Assembly (NCBI GenBank): GCA_018673925.1
Contig: JABHBL010000056.1
Span: 69,256-133,255 of the forward strand
Direction of reading: 5' to 3'
DNA from: Fidelibacterota bacterium
GTDB lineage: Bacteria; Fidelibacterota; UBA8477; JABMPR01
Length of the DNA stretch: 64,000 nucleotides
In this document: positions 54,163-64,000 of the stretch, in pieces
How positions within the stretch are numbered: the first letter of the stretch is position 1
Layout of the letters: each line of letters opens with the position of its first letter
Translations under genes and position numbers: made by a program
The notes under the pieces: model-generated
Database searches by the model: none
Told to the model about the DNA's origin: nothing
Seen by the model: the letters and a program-made list of their open reading frames with translations, nothing else

Positions 54163-55173
54163 GTGGCAAAAATTAAAGCTGAATATATCTGGATTGATGG
54201 TCACCAACCTACATCCAAGCTCCGTTCAAAGACAAAAATTATTGATGGGCCTGTCACTTCACTGGATCAAATACCTGAATGGGGTTTTGATGGTTCCAGT
54301 ACCATGCAGGCTGTAGGACACGACAGTGATCGCTCTCTTCATCCCGTTTCATTTTATCCAGATCCTATTCGAGGTGGGGAAAACATCCTTGTCATGAATG
54401 CTGTTTGTTATCCTGATGGCAAATCCCACGAATCAAACAAGAGGGATCATCTTGTTGAAGTGACAAAGCAGTTTGAATCAGAAGAATCCTGGTTTGGTAT
54501 CGAGCAGGAATACACCTTTTTCCAGGGTCGCGCCCCTTTGGGTTGGCCTGATGGTGGATATCCAGCTCCTCAGGGTCCTTTCTACTGCGGTGTAGGTGCT
54601 GATGAGGTCTTTGGTCGCGATATCGTAGAAGATCACATGGAGGCCTGTTTACGGGCTGGTATTGGCATCTCCGGCGTGAATGCTGAAGTCATGCCTGGTC
54701 AGTGGGAATTTCAGATTGGACCTCTAGGACCTCTGGAAAGTGGTGATCAATTATGGATGGCACGCTGGTTATTGTACAGAATTGCTGAAGAATATGGTGT
54801 CAATGCCAGTATTCACCCCAAACCTGTTAAGGGTGATTGGAATGGAGCGGGAGCTCATACCAATTTCAGCACCAAAGCCATGCGTGAAGCAGGTGGTTAT
54901 GATGTGGTTGAAGCTGCCTGCAAAAAACTGGGTGAGAAACATGAGGAACATATCGCTGTTTATGGTGCTCATAATGAAGAACGCCTCACGGGTCTTCACG
55001 AGACCTGTTCGATTCATGAATTCCGCTATGGTGTCAGCGACCGCGGGGCTTCAGTTCGCATTCCTCTTCAAACTGTGAAAGATGGTAAAGGTTATCTGGA
55101 GGATAGGCGTCCTTCAGCCAATATGGATCCGTATGAAGTTTGTGCCATTTTGTTGGAGACAATCTGCTCCTAA
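54163..55173 (+). CDS. glnII: Type II (eukaryote-like) glutamine synthetase
   Basis: GTG start after AAGGAG. N-terminus KAEYIWIDG..PT.KLRSKTKI is typical of GlnII. 336 aa. GxNGAGAHTNFS motif. Confidence 0.88.
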   Translation: MAKIKAEYIWIDGHQPTSKLRSKTKIIDGPVTSLDQIPEWGFDGSSTMQAVGHDSDRSLHPVSFYPDPIRGGENILVMNAVCYPDGKSHESNKRDHLVEVTKQFESEESWFGIEQEYTFFQGRAPLGWPDGGYPAPQGPFYCGVGADEVFGRDIVEDHMEACLRAGIGISGVNAEVMPGQWEFQIGPLGPLESGDQLWMARWLLYRIAEEYGVNASIHPKPVKGDWNGAGAHTNFSTKAMREAGGYDVVEAACKKLGEKHEEHIAVYGAHNEERLTGLHETCSIHEFRYGVSDRGASVRIPLQTVKDGKGYLEDRRPSANMDPYEVCAILLETICS

Positions 55174-55200
55174 AGATATCTCCCCTTCATGAGGATTTAC

Positions 55201-55236
55201 AAAGCCACCCCCGTCAATAAGGGGTGGCTTTTTTTA
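55201..55236. terminator. Rho-independent terminator
   Basis: AAAGCCACCCC-N9-GGGGTGGCTTT followed by TTTTT. Lies between convergent glnII and the ABC gene. Confidence 0.85.
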
Positions 55237-55272
55237 CTGGTTTCGCTAAACCACCTGCCTGAGAATTTTCAA

Positions 55273-56988
55273 CTAATCTTGGGCAAACAGTGAGCGGTAC
55301 TCGGGGTGGAGGCGCAACAAGTCGGCATGCTGACCTTCATGATAAATCTGTCCATCTTTGATCCAGATTACCCTATCCATTTCTGAGGCTGTTGCTTCCC
55401 GGTGGGTGGCAACCAGGAAGAGCGCCTCTGAGTAAGCTGTATTAATATTCTGCCACAGAATTTTTTCGGTGTTGAGATCAAGGGCTGAGGTGACATCATC
55501 AAAGATATAAATTGGCGTATTCCCATAAAAGGCACGAGCTAGAGCCACTCGAGCCCTTTGCCCACCACTTAGCCCAACACCACCCTGCTCAAGGATCTTG
55601 TCCAGATCGAGCTCTCCCCCAATAACAGCTGACTCAGTAATTGACTCCAAACTTTGAGAGGATTCACGACCCATACTGATATTGTCAGTTACCGTACCAC
55701 TGAATAATTCGATATCCTGGGGTACATAGCCGATAATTTGAGCCCTCGAAGCATCGCTGAGGTCATCAATACGTAGATCATCAACTTCTACACTGCCACC
55801 TGAGGGTACAAACCAGCCAGAGATCAACTTCAACAGGACTGTTTTCCCGGAACCAACCTCTCCCACTACCCCAATTTTCTGGCCTGGATTGGCGGAGAAG
55901 TCAAGAGCTTTGATAATGTCAACCTCTTCGCCAGGAAATCGAAAATGCAGGTTTTTGATTCTGAGCTGATTGATGGGGAGGTCAACCACGTTGTCATGCA
56001 CTGGCTTGTTTTCAAATTTTTCAATCTCTTCCAGACGATCTACAGAAGATTCAGCCATCTTCAGGGACACGAAAAACCAGGAAATGGTCCAAATGGGCTC
56101 TGTAATACCTGTCATATATGCAATAAAGGCATAAAAAGTACCCAGGGTGATTTCTCCATGAATGACATAGTACCCACCAAGAAATAGGATGACAACCAGT
56201 CCGACCTGATTAATCAAACTTCCCAGGCTTTCTAGGAAGGAGCGTATATATACCACGCGTTCCTCTGCGTTTTTGCGGTCTATCATATTGGATTGGAAAA
56301 GACGTTCCTGGGCTTGCTCCATAACAAAACCTATGACGATCCTAATACCGGAGAAAGCGCTTTCCAGAATATTATTCGTTTGAGAGATGGTCTGTTGACG
56401 CTTTTTATATGCTTCATGCTGCAGATGCTCCGTCTTACTCATGGCCCAGACAATGAGAGGTAGTGGTGAAACAGCCAGGAGGGTTAATTTCCAATGTAAG
56501 GTCATCATCACCCCAATGGAAAACAGAAGGGTGAATCCGGCTTCTACAGGACGCATAATACCTGAATTCGCAAACCAGCCTAATTTGATATCCCCGTCGA
56601 TATCATCGGAGAAGCGCGTGATCAGATCCCCTGATCGATATTCATTAAAAAAGGCTGGATCTATTCGCAGCAGATTTTCAAAATGAAACAGCTTGATGTC
56701 CATCCCCAAAACCAGATTCATGATATATCGCGACGAAGGCAATATCCAGCGGGTGAGAGTCCGGGCAAGTCCGACCAGCAAAATTATCCATACATAGAAC
56801 TGGACATCCCCTGTCTCGCTCCCTGCAGACAATGAGTCAATGACATACTTAAAAATAATGGGATAGGCTGTGCTTAGAGCAATACTCACAACCGTGATGA
56901 GCATAACCCAGCTAATACCTTTCCAGCGCTGCCTCCAGTAAGGAGCAAACCAGCCCAGGACGTGTTTGGTGGCGCCAAGCAAAGCCAT
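55273..56988 (-). CDS. ABC exporter half-transporter (TMD-NBD), degenerate-site partner
   Basis: Six TM helices. Walker A GEVGSGKT. Signature LSGGQ. Walker B IYIFDDVTSALD, with Asp in place of the catalytic Glu. Confidence 0.9.
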   Translation of the reverse strand: MALLGATKHVLGWFAPYWRQRWKGISWVMLITVVSIALSTAYPIIFKYVIDSLSAGSETGDVQFYVWIILLVGLARTLTRWILPSSRYIMNLVLGMDIKLFHFENLLRIDPAFFNEYRSGDLITRFSDDIDGDIKLGWFANSGIMRPVEAGFTLLFSIGVMMTLHWKLTLLAVSPLPLIVWAMSKTEHLQHEAYKKRQQTISQTNNILESAFSGIRIVIGFVMEQAQERLFQSNMIDRKNAEERVVYIRSFLESLGSLINQVGLVVILFLGGYYVIHGEITLGTFYAFIAYMTGITEPIWTISWFFVSLKMAESSVDRLEEIEKFENKPVHDNVVDLPINQLRIKNLHFRFPGEEVDIIKALDFSANPGQKIGVVGEVGSGKTVLLKLISGWFVPSGGSVEVDDLRIDDLSDASRAQIIGYVPQDIELFSGTVTDNISMGRESSQSLESITESAVIGGELDLDKILEQGGVGLSGGQRARVALARAFYGNTPIYIFDDVTSALDLNTEKILWQNINTAYSEALFLVATHREATASEMDRVIWIKDGQIYHEGQHADLLRLHPEYRSLFAQD

Positions 56989-58778
56989 TATAACATTTCC
57001 TTCTCTGGATCCACATGAGACAGCAGGTCGAAATAGGAGCCTTTTTGACGTATCAACTCATCATGATTTCCAGATTCAGTTATCTCTCCAGCTTTGACAA
57101 AAATGATTGATGTTGCTCGACGAATAGTACTCAGTCTGTGAGCTACGATAAAGGACGTACGACCTTCAGTGAGCTTTTTCATGGTGGCTTGAATACGTAG
57201 CTCCGTTCCTGGATCAACAGAGGAAGTTGCTTCATCCAGAACCAGGACCTGGGGTTTCACCGCCAGGGCTCTGGCAAAGGCAATCAGTTGTCTCTGACCA
57301 TATGAGAAGCCCTCTCCACTCTCCTTGAGAACCGTGGCATAACCATCTGATCTGTTGAGAATGCTGGTGTGTATGTCTGTGAGATTGGCAGCTTCCTCTA
57401 GATCTTGCTGGGTCACTTCAGAGCGGAAAGCCCTCAAGTTTTCGGCAATGGGGGCAGGAAAGAGGAAAAGGTCCTGAAGTACCAGACCAAAGCGTCGTCG
57501 ATAATCCGCCACATCAAATTCACGGATATCAATTCCATTCAACAGAATGCGACCTGTTTGGGGATCCCTGAAGCGACAGATCAAGTTGATAATGGTTGAT
57601 TTGCCACCACCGGTTGGACCCACAAAAGCAACTTGATCGCCACCCTTTATTTCAAAACTCATATTCTTGATAATCAAGTTATCATCAGAGTATCCAAAAC
57701 TGACATTCTCAAAAACAATGCTCTCGACTTCTTGGGGTAAATCAACTGGTTTTGACTGAGTCTCGATATAGGGTTTGTCTTCAAGAGTGGAAAAAATCCT
57801 ATCTGCAGCACCACCAGCTGACTGGAGTTGCGAAATCTGCTCAGTGAACATAAAAATGGGCCAGTAAATCTGGGCAATGTATTGAGCAAACAAGACCAAC
57901 GCACCAATGGTCAGGCTCCCATCATTGACCCATTTTACACCCAGCATAAGCACAATCACAGTGGCACCAACTTCCATAAATCCAAGTCCCTGGAAAATAC
58001 CGTAATTGATAAAATTCATCTTGATGCTAAATCGATTGAAATCTTCAGTCGATCTCCGGACCCGGCCAATAGCCCAATCGGTTCGATCAAAGACCTGGAG
58101 AATGCTGGCTGAACGTACAAACTCGCTGAGCACACCAATCATTTTTGAAAAATTTGCTCTATCCTTGCGAAAGAATGGTCGGAAATAGCGAAAGGAAAAC
58201 CAGGCGATAAAGATCACTAGTGGGAAAATGGCCAGTGTGATGAGCATAAACCGCATATCGACTGTGGCCAGGATGATGAAGGCTCCGATGATCATTCCAA
58301 ATGACATAAGCAGGCGCTGGGCCATAGTAGAGGTGACAGCGATAATTCGTTGTGGATCGGATTCTATCCTGCTCACCAATTGTCCCGTCGAGGTTGATTC
58401 AGCAAAGGGTAAGCCCAATTTCAGAGCATGGGAAAAAAGCGAAACCTTCAAATCATTTACGGCGAAGATGCCTGCCTTCTGGGCCATCCAATTGCTATAA
58501 AATCCCACAACAGCTGAAAGTACCATGGTGAGGAGGTAGAGTCCTGCTGAACAGGCGAGAGCAGTAAAATTTTTGCTGGGGATGTCTGAATCAATAATAT
58601 GTTTCAGAATAATGGGTTGAAATAAAACCAGGATGACACCCACAAAGGCCCAGACCAGGGCAAAAAAGAAAGTCCTGTTGTAGGGTCTTATAAAAGGATA
58701 AACGCCCCTGACCATCTCCTTAAAGGAGTAGGTTTTGGCATTGTCATCATCCAGGCTAAAGTCATCGTCCCACCACAT
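56988..58778 (-). CDS. ABC exporter half-transporter (TMD-NBD), consensus-site partner
   Basis: Walker A GPTGGGKST. Non-canonical signature FSYGQ. Walker B VLVLDEATSSVD. 1-nt overlap with the downstream partner gene. Confidence 0.9.
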   Translation of the reverse strand: MWWDDDFSLDDDNAKTYSFKEMVRGVYPFIRPYNRTFFFALVWAFVGVILVLFQPIILKHIIDSDIPSKNFTALACSAGLYLLTMVLSAVVGFYSNWMAQKAGIFAVNDLKVSLFSHALKLGLPFAESTSTGQLVSRIESDPQRIIAVTSTMAQRLLMSFGMIIGAFIILATVDMRFMLITLAIFPLVIFIAWFSFRYFRPFFRKDRANFSKMIGVLSEFVRSASILQVFDRTDWAIGRVRRSTEDFNRFSIKMNFINYGIFQGLGFMEVGATVIVLMLGVKWVNDGSLTIGALVLFAQYIAQIYWPIFMFTEQISQLQSAGGAADRIFSTLEDKPYIETQSKPVDLPQEVESIVFENVSFGYSDDNLIIKNMSFEIKGGDQVAFVGPTGGGKSTIINLICRFRDPQTGRILLNGIDIREFDVADYRRRFGLVLQDLFLFPAPIAENLRAFRSEVTQQDLEEAANLTDIHTSILNRSDGYATVLKESGEGFSYGQRQLIAFARALAVKPQVLVLDEATSSVDPGTELRIQATMKKLTEGRTSFIVAHRLSTIRRATSIIFVKAGEITESGNHDELIRQKGSYFDLLSHVDPEKEML

Positions 58779-58928
58779 CCTGCTAGGTAAAGCAAAAACA
58801 GCAGAGATGGAAGTATTTACTTAACCTTCAATCTACTCAAGCCTTATAGATCATTCTTATAACCAGGATTGAGAAGATATCTTCAACTTTTCCCTGGAGC
58901 TAGGCTGGTTAACTGATTGTGGGTGAGT

Positions 58929-61253
58929 TTAGTTCTTGTATGCTTCGAAACGAATGGTCTTACTCATCCCATCCTCATCCATGATGGTCAGATAATGCTC
59001 ACCCGCTGAAAGATCAACCGGCAGGGTGTGCAATGAATCTGTTTCTCCAATAATATCCTGATCAAGAAGCCAGAACAGATGAGCATCGCTCTTGGGGTGG
59101 ATGGCTTCAAGAACTATGGATTCATAGCTCCCGTCAAAATTTCGTGGGACAAAGACACGCACATTATGAATAGGGTAGATAATTCTCAAATCTTCTACAG
59201 ATCGAATCGCTTCACAGTCAGCCTTGTGTGCAGGTCGTACGATAAAGCTATGTCCAATATTGCGCAATACTTGTTGAACGGCCGGAGGTTCTATGTACAA
59301 TACTTGTTTCATCCGTTTTAAGCCAGACCAGCATTGTGAGCACAACTCCCTACCTGTTTTTTCATCAACAATGAAGGATTTATGATAGGGACACACACCG
59401 CTTTGGTGACTCCCCATGGGCACTTCAGTCATGACACGATCAGGGCAATCTGAATTTGGTGGGTATCCACTTTGCTTGCAGGTTTCAATAAACCGAAGAT
59501 CCATTTCCGGTTTTTCAAAGGGGGCTACACCTGAAGGATCTGATATGGCATTAATTACATCAAAAAGGATGGGACCGGCTGACTTGGCTCCTCCCAATTC
59601 AACATTCCCCGCACCATCAAAATTGCCCACCCACACGCCAACTGTGTACTCGGATGTCGTTCCAATTGCCCAGGCATCTTTTTGTCCATAACTAGTACCT
59701 GTCTTCCAACTGACGGGAGTTTGATAGCTGAAATTTTTCCAGTAATAATCACTTCCTGGTCGCTTCAGATTCTGTAATGTCATAAGCACCTGATAACAAG
59801 CACCACCACTGAAGGATCTTTCCCGAATAGATTCACGTTCTTTTTGCTGAATAAATAGATCAACCGGTTTTCCCAGGTTACCAAGATCAACATAGGCCTG
59901 GACCAGCTCGTACAATGAAGCTTCAGCCCCACCCAGGATCAAGGCCAGACCATATCCATCTGCACTTCGAAAAAGACCCCTTAAGCCCATATCCTTAAAT
60001 ATTTCATACATATCCGAGGTACCTATGGTATTCAATAATCTCACTGAAGGAATATTCAACGAGCGAATCAACGTCTCATCCAGGGTGACCATTCCTGAAA
60101 AAGTCTTGGAAGCATTTTGGGGGCTAAAGGTTCCAAAAAAGGTGGGGACATCTTGTATTTGTGATCGCATTGTGAAGGGTCCCCGATCCAGTGCTTTGGC
60201 AACCAGAAATGGCTTGAGCAAACTTCCTGTACTCCGTGATGCCTGAATACCATCGACCTGCCCAGAATAGGCATCATCAAAAAAGTTCTGTGAGCCAACA
60301 TATGCACGAATAGCACCGGTGGATGTCTCTGCCACCAGAATGGACAGATTATGAATCCCTCTCGTATTGAGATTGTGATGGTGAATACTTGAGATTGCAT
60401 CCACCATATTTTGCATAGACATATCCAGAGTCGTCGGCTGCATATTGCCAGAATTAAGCTTTAGTGCTTGCTCAGAAAAATGAGGTGCTTTAAATGGCAA
60501 CCTGATTTGAGTATCAGGTAAGGGTTCTGCCTGAGCTAACTCTAGAGTAGCTCTATCCATATGACCCTGGTCAAATAAACGCTGTAGCAGCCTATTGCGT
60601 TTTTTTAGAAGCAGGGGTCGTTGCCTACTCAGATTTAGCATGGATGGGGCATTGGGAAGTATGGCAAAGAGACAGGCTTCAGACCATGTCAATTCGCTGG
60701 AAGGTTTTTCGAAATAGCAATACGCTGCTGTACTTAAGCCTACAATATTCCCACCCATGGGAACCTGGGAGGCGTATAGCTGAAGCACTTCAGCCTTGCT
60801 ATAATGAAGGGTAACCTTGAGCGCGCTAAAGAGCTCTTGAAATTTGTGGAAGTAAGTTCTGGACTTCGGGGCGGACAAACGAGCCACCTGCATGGGTATT
60901 GTGCTACCACCACTTACTCGACGTCCAGATGTCAAGTTTGAGAGAAAAGCCCTGCCCATGGCTATTGGATCGATACCGGGATGCCAGAAATATCGTTTGT
61001 CTTCCCAGGTCACCAGAGCTTGTATGTACTTCTCAGGAAGCGCCTTGTCTATATATGGCGCTCGATATTGGTCATCCTCCGCCAGAGTAAATCGCAATAA
61101 CTCATCATTTTTATCAAAGATGAGGGTGGAATAATTATCTGGAAATAATTCACCGGGGGGGATTAAAAACCAGATCAGAAGAAGTATGCCCGTCAGGCTG
61201 ACCAGACGGGCAATACTAAATGGTTTAACACCCAAAAGCCGTAATACGACCAT
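58929..61253 (-). CDS. pbpC: Penicillin-binding protein 1C
   Basis: GT51 motifs (WEDKRYFWHPGIDP, GGSTIPMQVAR). Transpeptidase SxxK (STGSLLKP). C-terminal PBP1C-specific beta-domain. Directly downstream of the alpha-2-macroglobulin gene. Confidence 0.9.
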   Translation of the reverse strand: MVVLRLLGVKPFSIARLVSLTGILLLIWFLIPPGELFPDNYSTLIFDKNDELLRFTLAEDDQYRAPYIDKALPEKYIQALVTWEDKRYFWHPGIDPIAMGRAFLSNLTSGRRVSGGSTIPMQVARLSAPKSRTYFHKFQELFSALKVTLHYSKAEVLQLYASQVPMGGNIVGLSTAAYCYFEKPSSELTWSEACLFAILPNAPSMLNLSRQRPLLLKKRNRLLQRLFDQGHMDRATLELAQAEPLPDTQIRLPFKAPHFSEQALKLNSGNMQPTTLDMSMQNMVDAISSIHHHNLNTRGIHNLSILVAETSTGAIRAYVGSQNFFDDAYSGQVDGIQASRSTGSLLKPFLVAKALDRGPFTMRSQIQDVPTFFGTFSPQNASKTFSGMVTLDETLIRSLNIPSVRLLNTIGTSDMYEIFKDMGLRGLFRSADGYGLALILGGAEASLYELVQAYVDLGNLGKPVDLFIQQKERESIRERSFSGGACYQVLMTLQNLKRPGSDYYWKNFSYQTPVSWKTGTSYGQKDAWAIGTTSEYTVGVWVGNFDGAGNVELGGAKSAGPILFDVINAISDPSGVAPFEKPEMDLRFIETCKQSGYPPNSDCPDRVMTEVPMGSHQSGVCPYHKSFIVDEKTGRELCSQCWSGLKRMKQVLYIEPPAVQQVLRNIGHSFIVRPAHKADCEAIRSVEDLRIIYPIHNVRVFVPRNFDGSYESIVLEAIHPKSDAHLFWLLDQDIIGETDSLHTLPVDLSAGEHYLTIMDEDGMSKTIRFEAYKN

Positions 61254-61281
61254 CGGTTTATCAGTTATCAGTTTGAAAATC

Positions 61282-64000
61282 CTATCTTACTTGAACCTCA
61301 TCACCCTTGATGCGGGCATAATATTCGGGGGAATACATGGTTTCGACTGATACTGGAGGCAACCAGAACTCTCCTATAAAGGTAGGGTTGATTTTGACAC
61401 CAAAACGTTGCTCTCTGCGACCGTTGAGATCAAAGAACCAATTGATACGATCATCACGAATATCCATATACTCGCCTTCGGACAAATTCATCCTGTTTAT
61501 CCACTGAGGTGGTTGTTCGCCAGTCAATCTGAGATTAACAATTTCCCAACCAGATGGTATGATGGAAGTCAATGCCACCTCTTCAAGTGATTTGGAGTCA
61601 CGACTATTTACCTTGTAAACAACCCAGAACGCTTGTCCCTGACGGACTGTTTTCACTTGCTTGGGATTACCCTTCTCATCATAAAATTGTCTCGAAAGAT
61701 TTATTCCGGAATAACTCGTTTCGATGCGGTTATCCATTGGAATCCCTTCCGTAAAAAGCGTCAGGAAGAGCAGGTTGTCTGACTCAGATTTGATGGTAAC
61801 CTTCTTACCCCAATGCTCATCCAGGGACAGAATTGTCTGGGATGTATTCAGCGTCATTTTCTCTGGTTCAGCATCGCCATATTGGACAGAGAAATTGACA
61901 TTCGAGGCATTCAGATTGTTCACTTTATAGAGTGAACCATATGCCAGCAGGGAAATGGCCGTTTCCTGGGTGGAGTACCATCCTCGATTGTCAAATTTTT
62001 CCACGACATCTTTAACGAGTTTTGCCGCCGTATTCAAATCTTCCATCTTAATCGCCAGATAGGCTGAAAATGCCATATCTCTCAGCGGAGAGCCGTAGCT
62101 GTATCCTGTTTCCCGGACACTGGTAAAACGATACGTTGCCTGGTCGACTTCCCTGGCAATGGCCTTTTGTCCAGCTAAATGATAGGCAGTTGCCAAGAGT
62201 TTCCTGGATAGATCGTCCAAATCCTTACTGTAGTTTTCTCTCAAGAGATTCATACCACCATCATTGGCTTCACCTGCCAAGGCTAGCAGGAAGAGCCTGT
62301 AGGCGGCTACCCGTAGATTCTTTTTACTAATATCTCGGGCATTTTTCTTGGCTGTTTTTATCCAGTGTTTGTATAAATGATCTGGAACATGATAACCCAG
62401 AGCCTTGGCCTCGATCAGAAAATGTCCTGCGTAATTGGTGCCCCAGTCAGATCTTCTTGATCCACCGGGCCAATATGAGAACCCACCTCTATTTTTAAAC
62501 ATGGCCAGCCGTTCTATTCCTGCGTTAATGGCCCTTGACACCTTCTGTTCACGTTGTGATCCTAAATCCAAAAGGAAGGGGAGAAAGAGTTGGGGGAAAA
62601 CGGAGGATGTTGTTTGCTCAATACAACCATAAGGATACCTGATCAGGTAATTCAACCTGCGATCCAACTGAATATCAGGAATTCGTGTGATTCCAAGTCG
62701 AGCATGATTACTACCAGCCAATCCAAATTTCTCGGCTGTGAATGTGATTTTTGCCCCTCCCTCCAACGTTCTCTCATCCACCTCTGTGATAAACGGATTC
62801 GGCGTCGTTACCGGCATGTAAGTCACGCTATGAGCAGTAAAATCACCTGCAACTCCATAGACATAGATCGTATCTGTGCCAATACCCTGATCGACTTTCA
62901 AGTTGAAGGTCACATCCTTTTCTCCAGGTCGCTTGAAGCTCACTGACTTCTCTGCCAAGCCCTGGACTTTGATATTACTTGAGGTTTTTACAGAGATTGT
63001 TGCGTCCTTGATCGCTTTGTCATTTGCAAAAACAGAGACAGGGAGTGTAAAACTATCGTTAGGTCTTAGAACCCGAGGTAGCGTACTCAGAATCATAAGG
63101 GGTTGCTTGACCTTTACCCATTCTTCTATATGATTATAGCTATTACCAGAGGCTCCAATCACCATGATGCGCACCTCACCCACATAATTGGGCATATCGA
63201 ATTTTAATTCCTGTGTGGCTCCTGGAGCGATTTCGATGGGTCCTTTAAACATAGTGACTGGTTTAAAACGTTCACTGTCTTTATCATCTGCCCGCTTCTT
63301 CATCATTGACTCTTCCAAACCGCCACCGATGGAGAAGTATTTATCGATATCTGGAAACAGGGCTCCTATGATCTGATTCAGGTTATCCGTGGTCTTTACT
63401 GACAAGCCCAGCTTTTCAAAAAAATGATCCCAGGGTTTCGGTGTTTTGAAATTTGTGAGACTGAGGAGTCCCTCATCTACAATGGCAATGGTATAACTTG
63501 CTGGACCCTCGGCGTGTGATGTGATTTGCACTGAAAAGCTTTCTTGAGGCTTGAGCTCATCAGGGGCAGATAGTTCCAGCGCAAGATGCGAACTGGCTTG
63601 CTCAACCTTGACCGGGACAACACCAAACATGCGCAGCGGTAAATCGTTTCCAGTATAACCATGTGGCTGAATCATACTGACACTGGCATACACGTTGGGC
63701 AACATGGCTTCTGTCGCTTCAATAGTGAAGGTCGTCCGTGAAGATTCTAGGAGTTTCCATTCACGATGAAGAATTTGATTTCCCTGCTCAACACTGAGTA
63801 GAGCCATTCCCTGTTCAGGAGATTCGAAAGAGACTTCGATGTCATCACCTGGTTGGAAGACCTCACGATTTAGATTCAAGGTGAGATGGTTTTCAAAGTT
63901 GCCCTCTTCACCAGAACCTCTAGAACCATAAGAGGAGGCGTAGAAGAAAAATCCTGAGCTATGACCGCTATTAAGATCGGTTACTTCAAAGTAATGACGG
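61282..64000 (-). CDS. Bacterial alpha-2-macroglobulin (YfhM-like), 5'-truncated by the window edge
   Basis: Thioester motif GCIEQ (CIEQ codons at 62614-62625). The frame stays open upstream of the track's TTG at 63879 through to 64000, so the N-terminus lies outside the window. Confidence 0.9.
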   Translation of the reverse strand, partial: RHYFEVTDLNSGHSSGFFFYASSYGSRGSGEEGNFENHLTLNLNREVFQPGDDIEVSFESPEQGMALLSVEQGNQILHREWKLLESSRTTFTIEATEAMLPNVYASVSMIQPHGYTGNDLPLRMFGVVPVKVEQASSHLALELSAPDELKPQESFSVQITSHAEGPASYTIAIVDEGLLSLTNFKTPKPWDHFFEKLGLSVKTTDNLNQIIGALFPDIDKYFSIGGGLEESMMKKRADDKDSERFKPVTMFKGPIEIAPGATQELKFDMPNYVGEVRIMVIGASGNSYNHIEEWVKVKQPLMILSTLPRVLRPNDSFTLPVSVFANDKAIKDATISVKTSSNIKVQGLAEKSVSFKRPGEKDVTFNLKVDQGIGTDTIYVYGVAGDFTAHSVTYMPVTTPNPFITEVDERTLEGGAKITFTAEKFGLAGSNHARLGITRIPDIQLDRRLNYLIRYPYGCIEQTTSSVFPQLFLPFLLDLGSQREQKVSRAINAGIERLAMFKNRGGFSYWPGGSRRSDWGTNYAGHFLIEAKALGYHVPDHLYKHWIKTAKKNARDISKKNLRVAAYRLFLLALAGEANDGGMNLLRENYSKDLDDLSRKLLATAYHLAGQKAIAREVDQATYRFTSVRETGYSYGSPLRDMAFSAYLAIKMEDLNTAAKLVKDVVEKFDNRGWYSTQETAISLLAYGSLYKVNNLNASNVNFSVQYGDAEPEKMTLNTSQTILSLDEHWGKKVTIKSESDNLLFLTLFTEGIPMDNRIETSYSGINLSRQFYDEKGNPKQVKTVRQGQAFWVVYKVNSRDSKSLEEVALTSIIPSGWEIVNLRLTGEQPPQWINRMNLSEGEYMDIRDDRINWFFDLNGRREQRFGVKINPTFIGEFWLPPVSVETMYSPEYYARIKGDEVQVR

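Noticed and set aside
1-64000. Looked for CRISPR arrays, tRNA/rRNA genes, transposases/integrases and canonical defence-system genes.
   Set aside because: No regularly spaced direct-repeat array, no cloverleaf-like or rRNA-like stretch in the few spacers longer than 130 nt, and no DDE/tyrosine recombinase or restriction/Cas/abortive-infection signatures among the translated ORFs. The only mobile-looking elements are the two GxxExxY cassettes, reported separately.

Overview
Densely coding 64-kb bacterial window with about 58 CDS. I saw no rRNA, tRNA, CRISPR array or transposase. Two proteins end in YPNPFN-type T9SS/FlgD-Ig-like C-terminal sorting domains, and AGGAG-type ribosome-binding sites are used. 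Together these suggest an uncultured FCB-group or Marinimicrobia-like lineage (taxonomy is inference only). Main content: (i) a long minus-strand housekeeping/accessory run at 5.5-15.4 kb: sulfatase, HI0933 flavoprotein, RluA, pirin, VOC, Rieske-GltS fusion, GNAT, radical SAM/SPASM. (ii) A ~21.5-kb plus-strand purine-catabolism island (15658-37196). It holds adenine deaminase, two xanthine-dehydrogenase-family molybdoenzyme sets, and SsnA, YgeY, YgeW, YgfK and a YgfM-like subunit (the 'selenium-dependent molybdenum hydroxylase' neighbourhood known from E. coli ygeW-xdhD). It also holds an 8-oxoguanine-deaminase-like amidohydrolase and two PLP enzymes. (iii) DNA-repair genes (tag, dinB, alkD-like), a ClC channel and an M1 peptidase. 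(iv) A tight pta-ackA-ACP-GntR-DUF4954-nagB block. (v) Lrp plus type-II glutamine synthetase, a heterodimeric ABC exporter, and a PBP1C / alpha-2-macroglobulin pair that runs off the 3' edge. Most notable observations: (1) a thioredoxin-fold gene (52491-53357, minus strand) split in the ORF track by one in-frame TGA at the first Cys of the WCxxC motif, with a SECIS-like hairpin 10 nt downstream, so a predicted selenocysteine protein that carries a signal peptide and a T9SS sorting domain. (2) Two GxxExxY (PD-(D/E)XK-like) ORFs inserted into the purine island, each bracketed by inverted repeats made of 9-10-nt-periodic ACGAA/TTCGT pentamers. (3) A family of ~23-nt repeats forming hairpins in three consecutive intergenic gaps (ygeY / ygeW / PLP / PLP). 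(4) A variant purine island that lacks ygeX, hyuA and yqeA in the window but adds two PLP enzymes and a small membrane protein.
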